This document shows positions 55,911 through 64,000 of a stretch of DNA of 64,000 nucleotides, one piece after another. Source of the stretch: Nemertoderma westbladi (Eukaryota > Animalia > Xenacoelomorpha). The notes under the pieces were generated by a model, which did not search any database, had not been told where the DNA came from, and worked only from the letters and a program-made list of their open reading frames with translations. The translations under genes were made by a program, and so were the position numbers. The stretch is taken from positions 1 through 64,000 of the forward strand of contig JAUCBJ010006967.1 in assembly GCA_032718475.1 (NCBI GenBank), given 5' to 3'. Every line of letters starts with the position of its first letter. Within the stretch, counting starts at the first letter, position 1.

Positions 55911-56690
55911 CATGGTGCGTAACTAGAGAAACATGGTGTAACTAGAAAAACAAGGTGTAACTAAAGAAACATGGTGTAACTAGAGAAACATGGTGTAACT
56001 AGAGAAACATGGTGTAACTAGAGAAACATGGTGTAACTAGAGAAACATGGTGTAACTAGAGAAACATGGTGTAACTAGAGAAACATGGTGTAACTAGAGA
56101 AACATGGTGTAACTAGAGAAACATGGTGTAACTAGAGAAACATGGTGTAACTAGAGAAACATGGTGTAACTAGAGAAACATGGTGTAACTAGAGAAACAT
56201 GGTGTAACTAGAGAAACATGGTGTAACTACAGAAACATGGTGTAACTAGAGAAACATTATGTAACTTGAGAAACATGGTGTAACTAGAGAAACATGGTGT
56301 AACTAGAGAAACATGGTGTAACTAGAGAAACATGGTGTAACTAAAGAAACATGGTGTAACTAGAGAAACATGGTGAAACTAGTGCAACATGGTGAAACTA
56401 GTGTAAAATTGTGTAACCAGTGTAAAATGGTGTAACTAGTGTAAAATGGTGTAACTAGTGTAACATGGTGTAACTAGTGTAACATGGTGTAACTAGTGTA
56501 AAATGGTGTAACTAGAGAAACATGGTGAAACTAGTGCAACATGGTGTAACTAGTGTAAAATGGTGTAACCAGTGTAAAATGGTGTAACTAGTATAAAATG
56601 GTGTAACTAGTGTAAAATGGTGTATCTAGTGTAACATGGTGTAACTAGTGTAACATGGTGTAACTAGTGTAAAATGGTGTAACTAGTGCA
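55911..56690. repeat. 19-bp minisatellite CATGGTGTAACTAGAGAAA grading into AATGGTGTAACTAGTGTAA, about 40 copies
   Basis: Direct reading. Confidence 0.97.
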
Positions 56691-58111
56691 ATGAAAAAAG
56701 AATTAGTGTATGAAAAAAGAATTATTTTCTGAAATATCATCTTCATGCTGCAATTTTTGCAAAAATTAAACACAAAAATGTGATTATCTCGAAATTATAT
56801 TTTTGCACCTTAGTTGATTTTCCATATCACAGCACCGACGATATTATTGCACTCTTCACTATGAAATCCTCGTTTCACTTGGATTTTAAAACAACTTCCA
56901 CTTGAATTTATTTCTAGATTACTCTACATGAAATAAAAATGTTAATTAAAAGGTCAGTTTTTTCAAGCACTACTTCTTACAATACAGCTCATAGATTCGG
57001 AATAAATACTTTGCAGCTATTTGTAATATTCCTAGTAATTTAAGGGACAAGCTTGTTTTAAATTAATCAGAAACAATATTTTTGGAAAATTTTGCACAAA
57101 ATTCCGTACGCAAGTAGCTTGTTTTAGTTGTTTTCATGTAATAATTCAAATTGCCAGAATACAAACCGTCAAAAAAAGCTACGCAACATTTGGGCTTGTA
57201 TACCTGTTAGTTAGTTACTTAATTACTCGATTATATGATTACTAATTAGCTTTATTATCCAGCTTGTATAACCATATCGAAATTTAATTGTTTTGCGTTA
57301 TTGTATCACGCTAAATGGGGTTATCAACTAGCTTGTCAGATTATGGTAGCATTGTAGCCACTTTGTCACCATTGCTACCTAAGTAGCAAGGGTGCCACTC
57401 ATGGTAGCTGAACCGACAGTTTCATATTCTGCATAGGTAGCAAGGACGCCAGTCCCTTTTTAGTGAGAATGGCGTCCTTGCTACGTTTTGTGTCCATATA
57501 TATATAAAATTAAATCAATTTATCAAGAGATTAAATAATATTGTATAATCTGAGGCGAATCGGAGCAGCACTTAAGCTGCTTAGCGATAGTCCAGGCATT
57601 ATTAAAAAATAACGGAAAGATAAACCAATACGAAAAAAAAGGCAATTAAATACTGGTATTGAAGAAAAAGATAATAAAAACCAGTAAGAAAAAGGCAAGT
57701 AAATCATGGTAATAAAAAAGGAAAGTCAAAAATTTTATAGGTAATAAAGAAAAAATGAATTGTAAAACCCAGGTAAAAAAAGGCATTTTAAAACTGGTGA
57801 TAAAATAAGAATGTCAAAACTAATAATAAGAAATGGGAAGAAAAACAGTAAGAAAAAACGGCAAGTAAAGTCTGGTGGTATGCCTAATAAAAAAGGAAAG
57901 TAAAAACTGGAAATTGGTAATAGAAAAGGAAAGTAAAAACTGATAGATTGCACAACCACTGATAACTCCTTGGTTTGGCCACTGGTTCCTATTGCTACTT
58001 TGACCTTTCTATCTAAACCATGTACCGGTACTTCACACATTCGTTTAAGTCTCTCTCTATGGGTTGTGAACTCATAACTATAACATATATAACTCATAAC
58101 ATAACAATTTT

Positions 58112-59562
58112 TGATCAATCTCCATGCCTGGGATGATTGCCTGCTGTCGTCAGCATCATTGATGGCATCAACCTGTTGGTTTATTAGCTCCTGTAAATTG
58201 ACAGAGTACTGCCTGTTCCGGGACGTAGATGCAGCCTTAACTGCATTCTTGGCCGCTGTAGTCTGTTTGAGTCGGGACTCTTTCTGTGCCTTGTAGAGGT
58301 TATTTCGGCACTTCTGAATTTTGTTGTCAGTCCAGGGGGCGGCCCGTTTCCTGTTTCGAGGGTATACGGGAACTGTTTCTGAAGCTGCTAACTTAACTGC
58401 CTCTGTGAAGGCAGTATAGCCCTCACAGTGATCAGCCACCTCAGAGGCAAGAACCTCATACCTGTTGCTCAGCTGTAGTGTGAAGCTGGATCTCAAACTT
58501 GGCTGTTGCAACAGAGAGGACCAGTCATGCCGCGGCAAGGCAGATTTTGTTGTTCTGCTAGCACGCAGACTAAGTCTTACCTTGGCCACAATAAGGCGGT
58601 GATCACTGGAGAAGGGTCGTAGTGTAAATGCATTACAGTCTTGTATAGAGCTCCTGTATTTCCTACGAAACAGGATATGATCTATCTGGGACTTGTGACC
58701 ACTGGGTCCACTATGAGTCCATAGCTTTCCAGTTTGCTTCTTGAACTGGGTTCCAGCCGAAAACAATCCATTTCCAGAGATAAAATCCTGAAGATGGACG
58801 GAATTTCGGTTAACACTATTGCTATAGACCCAGGGCGATGTAGGTGATTGATGCAGACTTGCATTAAAGTCTCCCTGGAATGTTAAGAAATTTTGCTGAT
58901 CCACTTCATCAGTAGCTGCTTGTAGATTCTGGTAGAAATTTTCCACTTCCTCTACAGGGGCAACACGAGTTGGAGAGTAGCACACAATCAGAACCACCTT
59001 AGGAAACTTCTTAGCCAGTCTTCCAGAACATGAGAAGTGGCAACGGATGATGCGGTTAGAGATTTGGTCTATTTTGTCCAATGCTGCATGTGCAGTTGGA
59101 TTCATCAATAGACCAATTCCACCATTGCCACTATCATCTGCTGAATGCGATGGCGAGTCGCCAACCGCCCCCCATGTCCTTAATCAGAACATCACCAGTC
59201 TGTCCAGTCTGCATTCGGTGCTCTTGAACACCCACTGCACTAAGAGAAAGCTTATCTGCCAAGGCAGTCAGCTCACCTTGTCGCTTTGGGGACCCGAGTG
59301 TTAGGGTGTTTACTGAGGCTAGTCTAGTGACTTGCATCAGATTCACCAATGGCTTTGTTGGTTGGGGTGGAACATGAGAGTAGCCTCCAACTCCAGAATC
59401 CCTCTCCCCCTCACAATCTGGCCTCCTTGGTTACCCAGGGTTTGGGCCAGAAAGGGCATCAGGAAAGGGACTCAAAGAATTGTTTGCCGCTCTCTCTCCA
59501 GTAGGGGGTGAGACAGGCAGCCGGTCAGGAGATAACTGACGCCTGTGAGGCTGATTGTGTCC
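58112..59562 (-). mobile_element. Second copy of the RTE-like element (APE endonuclease and linker), truncated at both ends
   Basis: Highly similar to 35182-36153, extending further 3' (LSNRYEVL...QAWRLIK). Confidence 0.87.
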
Positions 59563-60889
59563 ATAAATATATTACATTACATATATTACATAAATATAAA
59601 TTTAAAACAAAACATAAATGCAAATTAAATCTAAAATAACCTGTTAAAAACCAAAAGTAATTTTGCTAATGATGGGAAACTAATTCGAGTCTGATAGGGT
59701 TAGTCAATTTTTTTATCATTTTTGAATAGATTTAATTATTGTTTTCAACTATAATACATAATCAATTCATAAATTTCAAAACACTTACTCTTATATGGTC
59801 TAGTGAGAAAAAGAGCGACGTGAACTGCCACGACGAAAATACGTGATATGATAATGGCCATGAGGTACCGAACATAGAACAAATATAATGTGCAATCAAT
59901 CCACCCTATGTCAAGTTTCCTCTGGGCCTCAATCACAGAATGAAGAATTTTCTCATCCTTCACAAGAAACATGGCATCTGCTGGAGTCTTATCATGAAAC
60001 TCAATCATTGAGTTTACCTCCTTCTCCTGTCTCTCTAGAGATGAACAAAGGGTGGTAGTTTTGCAGAATCTCTTGATAGCCTCTCTGGCCAAGGAGATCT
60101 TGGATCGTAGGTGAGATGATATTTCATCTGCTGCACCAGTTGATCCAGATCTGAACTGAAAGAACCGCAGTAGGCACTTCAGGTGGCCATCTAAACTTTC
60201 ACCCTTTGTGGAGAACCTATACATGGGTCGGATCAAACCTTAGGTCAAAATCATGTATAGCAAGCTTGCTCTTAACTGATTGCACACCCCAGTTATAGCC
60301 AGGTGTGACACCCTTCCCAACCACCTCTTCGCAATCACTATCATCATCAATAACTCTGGGGCATTTAGGAGGTGGTATGATCTCTCCTTCACTATCAACA
60401 TCATCTGAGGAAAAACAAAAATCCAAGTTCCTCCAACAACCTTTATCCTTAAGGACAGAGTCGCACCTTGCAAGGATGACTGAACAAGGGGTGGTAGGGG
60501 AAGGCAAGTTTATCATTGAAGGTGATGCTGAAAGTGAAGGAAGATATACAACAATCTGCCCCTCATTAAGGTCTCCGTTGCCAATACCAGTGGGACTGGT
60601 TGCAGTTACCGTACTGGTAATAAGTTGACTAGACCTAAAATTTGCAGCATAACTGCTATTAGTGGTACTAGTAGTGCCCATTAACAGTGGCACTAACAGT
60701 GGTACTGATTGGTACACTAGACGGAGCTCTAGAAGTACCACTAATATCAGCTTGCAAAACCCCATCACAAGTAATGGAGCCTCTGATACCACTACCTGCC
60801 TATGTTTCTATATTTTATAAAGTCATTGCCTCTTAATGATATAACTTTGTTTAGGACACCCTTATCAACTTTTTTATTTGTATTTTTAT

Positions 60890-61008
60890 TGGTATTTGCC
60901 CCGAGAGCTGACTCGGCAAAAAAGCACCCCCCAACCCCCACTATGGATTACATTAGCAATGCGGAGGTCCGGCCACTAGAGGCCAGTGGAATTACCGGAC
61001 ACAATCGG
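60890..61008 (+). mobile_element. 119-bp fragment of the same RTE-like element
   Basis: Matches 35075-35193. Confidence 0.85.
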
Positions 61009-62555
61009 ACAATCATTTTCACATATATACATATAATAAATACAATGCAATTATACGAATTCAGTTCATATAGGTATCAAGTATAATTGCTTTATTTTCA
61101 GTTACTTTTACACATTTCATAAAGGTATTAAGTATAATTGCAGTAATTCAAGTTTCTTTTTTACTCAGTTCATAAAGATGCCAAATATAATTGCTTTACT
61201 CAAGCAAGTATAATTGCAGTAATTCAAGGTACTTTTTTACTCAGTTCATAAAGGTGTCAAATATAATTGCTCTACTCCAGTTAATTTTATTCAGTTCATA
61301 AAGGTTTAGAATTATAATTGCACAATTTCAATTTACTTTTATTTCCAATATCTTGCTGAATGTTTGATACATCTGATGCAGAAAACAATATTTGTTTTTG
61401 TCAAGGATTTGCAGAAATCGTCTGTCTTAGAGGAAGAAAATAACGTAACTCATTAAAATCGTAACTCTTTCAATCTCTGACTAAATTATACCAAACTTGG
61501 TAAACATGTAATCTTGTCTATCGGCTAAAATAAACACAATTTGCTAAAATTTCCCCTATAATGTTTTTTTTCCTATAGAGCAATCTTATACATTGACAAG
61601 ACTTATAAAATAATTGATGTTGAATAATTATTATTAAGATTAAAATATATTATTATGACCCTCCAACCGGTTGCTTCCCACTCCCAGACAGTCACCGACC
61701 CAGCCCTATAGGTTCACGAGGCAAAGCGGTTCCTGTCCGTAGAAACTGCGACTCTGAAGTAAGCGATAGTATCTCCGGATCGCGATAGATATTCCTTTTT
61801 GTAGAGAGTTGATGAGTTTATGATACAGGGGAGGTTGTTGTAAAACACAAAGACAACCTCATCGGTTCTGGTTGACTTAGAATGGACAGTTCTTCAGTAT
61901 TACTCTAATATAAAATGTTTATACAGTATAAAGGGTTTGCTTTAAGAAACTGGGGAATACCAGTCACTCTGTCCACTGGAAAACTTAAATATGGCTACTG
62001 CAAGCTATAATCTAAATAAGTTAATTATAAATTGCATTTGCATACCTGCCCACTGCCTGAAACCAAACTGTTGTGTTGGAGACACACTCGTTATATGCAA
62101 CTTCAGCGGCTCAAAGACCCGTTGACCCATTTCATCCACCGTTGAATTCGACGACTTGAACCAGCCACAGATATCCCATCCTCCCCCCATAGCGAGCGAC
62201 CTCCGCTTGAACATGAGCACGAAGTTCCTCATTGCTAATCTTCTGATCAATACACTATATTGGAAGGAAGTTTAATAATATAATTATACGAAGTTCTACT
62301 ATTTAATATTGTTACTATTACTACTATAAGTAAGCATCCAACTCATCTTAGCCTTAAAAAAATTATCAGACGACTAATATAAGTGTAAATAATTTTGCTT
62401 AGAATTTGCATACCATGTAATAGGGACCTTACGCTTACATGTATGCAGTAGCGTGTGGGCGTAGCAATTGGTGCAGGCGTAGGTGTGAAATCTTATGTCG
62501 GATATTCTTATTTAATTTCGATAAATGTACGTTTTCAAAAGTTCTATTATGGTAA

Positions 62556-63280
62556 TTCTAATACGCTAGCAGATGCACAGCTTCTACTAAATAAAGTGGA
62601 GAGGGCTGCTAAGGAGGTTGGATTGCATATAAATGCTACAAAGACCGAATTCATGACCTTTAATGTTGATGGAAACTTGACAACCATTGATATTAATCAA
62701 CTAAGGAAGGTCGATGACTTCCAGTACCTTGGATCATGGATAGAGAGTAACAAAAAGGACATAGAAGTTAGGAAAGCAAAGGCTTGGGTAGCTCTATCAA
62801 AAATGGATACCATCTGGAAATCAGATCTTTCCAGGCACCTGAAGACTAAGTTCTTTCGAGCCACAGTGGAAAGTGTATTTTTATACGGGGGTGAGACCTG
62901 GACAGGATACTGACTAAATCACTTGAACAACGAATTGATGGTTGCTACACAAGACTACTAAGGGCAGCCCTAAACATCAGCTGGAGACAACACATGACAA
63001 ACGCCGAACAATACTACCTGTGTCAACCACCCTCTGTGAACGCAGATTAAGATTCAGTGGGCACTGCTGGCAAAGTAAAGACGAGGTCATACCAGATCTA
63101 CATCCCTGGCAACAAACTCATGGAAAGCGTAGTCGTGGGAGACCGGCCATAACATATAGATCAACTTGAAAGGGATACTGAACTTGGGAGAAACGAAATT
63201 GCGACAACTATGGAGAATCGGGAAGCCTGGAAGGATCTCATTTCCACTGTCCGAGTTCGCTCGACCTAGTAGTAGTAGTA
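62556..63280 (+). mobile_element. RTE-like non-LTR 3' end (RT C-terminus, frameshifted) with a (TAG)n tail
   Basis: VGLHINATKTEFM, FQYLGSWI, RKAKAW, FFRATVESVFLYGGETW, RRLRFSGHC, GKRSRGRP; ends CGACCTAGTAGTAGTAGTA. Confidence 0.85.
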
Positions 63281-63552
63281 TTATTATGGTAATTAAAATA
63301 TTCATCATTAGGCGTCCTACTAACAGCCTCATTTAATATAAAAACATTAATTGGACATTCTTAAAAGTGAATTATCATGAAGTAGGCCTACTTTTTACAA
63401 ATACAAAAAATTATGTGGTAGTCAACTCAACTCGCAAAGTATTACTGAACCTATATTCCATTTGTCTATACATACAGTTGATCTAGGAAACATTACATAT
63501 CAATGCTAAAATACCAATGCTGTTTAAATATATTCATAAACTAATTACTAAC

Positions 63553-63777
63553 GTTCAAGTACTCTCCTTCTATGAACAACAGTGTGAATGAGTTCGAATT
63601 GAAGGGCTCCTGTCGCAGAGGCAACCCCTTCTCGTTGACAGCCTGTGGAATATCAATAGCTGTCGATATTGCCCACCTCCTTTCCTTTGAATTTGTTGTG
63701 GAATAACAGGGACACGTATGGAACAAACCATACGTGCCCTGACACATCACCCCAGTACAAACTGAGGTTAGCCGAAT
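63553..63777 (-). CDS. Candidate 225-nt coding exon (phase 0/0) of an unidentified Cys-rich protein
   Basis: TTTTTAATTGTAG| acceptor, |GTTAGT donor, open frame IRLTSVCTGVMCQGTYGLFHTCPC...FNSNSFTLLF; homologue at 41141-41352. Confidence 0.55.
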
Positions 63778-64000
63778 CTACAATTAAAAATAGTAACAGC
63801 ACTGTCTGTAGTCTGTAGTCGCACTGTCTTCAGTCCATCTTATCCTTATCGGCCACATCTGTGGACGCGATTTCGGCCACTCCCGTTTCTTCGCCGTTCA
63901 GTGCTTCCTCGCCGTTCGGCACTTCCTTGCCGTTCGGCGCTCCCGCGACGTTGCCAGGTGCCGCGCTGTTTGTCTGTCCCGCGCCGTGACGAGGTGCCGC

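Noticed and set aside
57437-57484. Perfect 15-bp inverted repeat GTAGCAAGGACGCCA
   Set aside because: Probably a subterminal palindrome of a truncated transposon; no partner end was found.

Overview
Eukaryotic (probably invertebrate animal) genomic DNA made up almost entirely of nested transposable elements and an endogenous DNA virus; no clear host gene was identified. In order: a near-intact minus-strand BEL/Pao LTR retrotransposon (about 1-14800), split by a 1.47-kb TIR insertion and carrying an extra DEDDy-exonuclease/zinc-knuckle ORF; an IS3EU-like transposase fused to a HECT relic; a piggyBac fragment with a nested CRE-like non-LTR 3' end; a complete piggyBac (22767-25738); two CACTA/EnSpm-like copies whose second ORF has a zinc ribbon and a PWWP domain; RTE-like fragments; two inverted copies of a 1.6-kb TTAA Kolobok-like element; the left part of a Polinton/Maverick (RING, ATPase, integrase, two pentons, truncated major capsid); and several minisatellites. 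The strongest new observation is a pair of sequence-divergent hammerhead ribozyme cores (26025-26096 and 43821-43888). In both, the cleavage-site strand lies inside the loop of stem II, a pseudoknotted arrangement that fits none of the classical type I/II/III permutations. All family and domain calls come from reading motifs by eye; no database searches were run.
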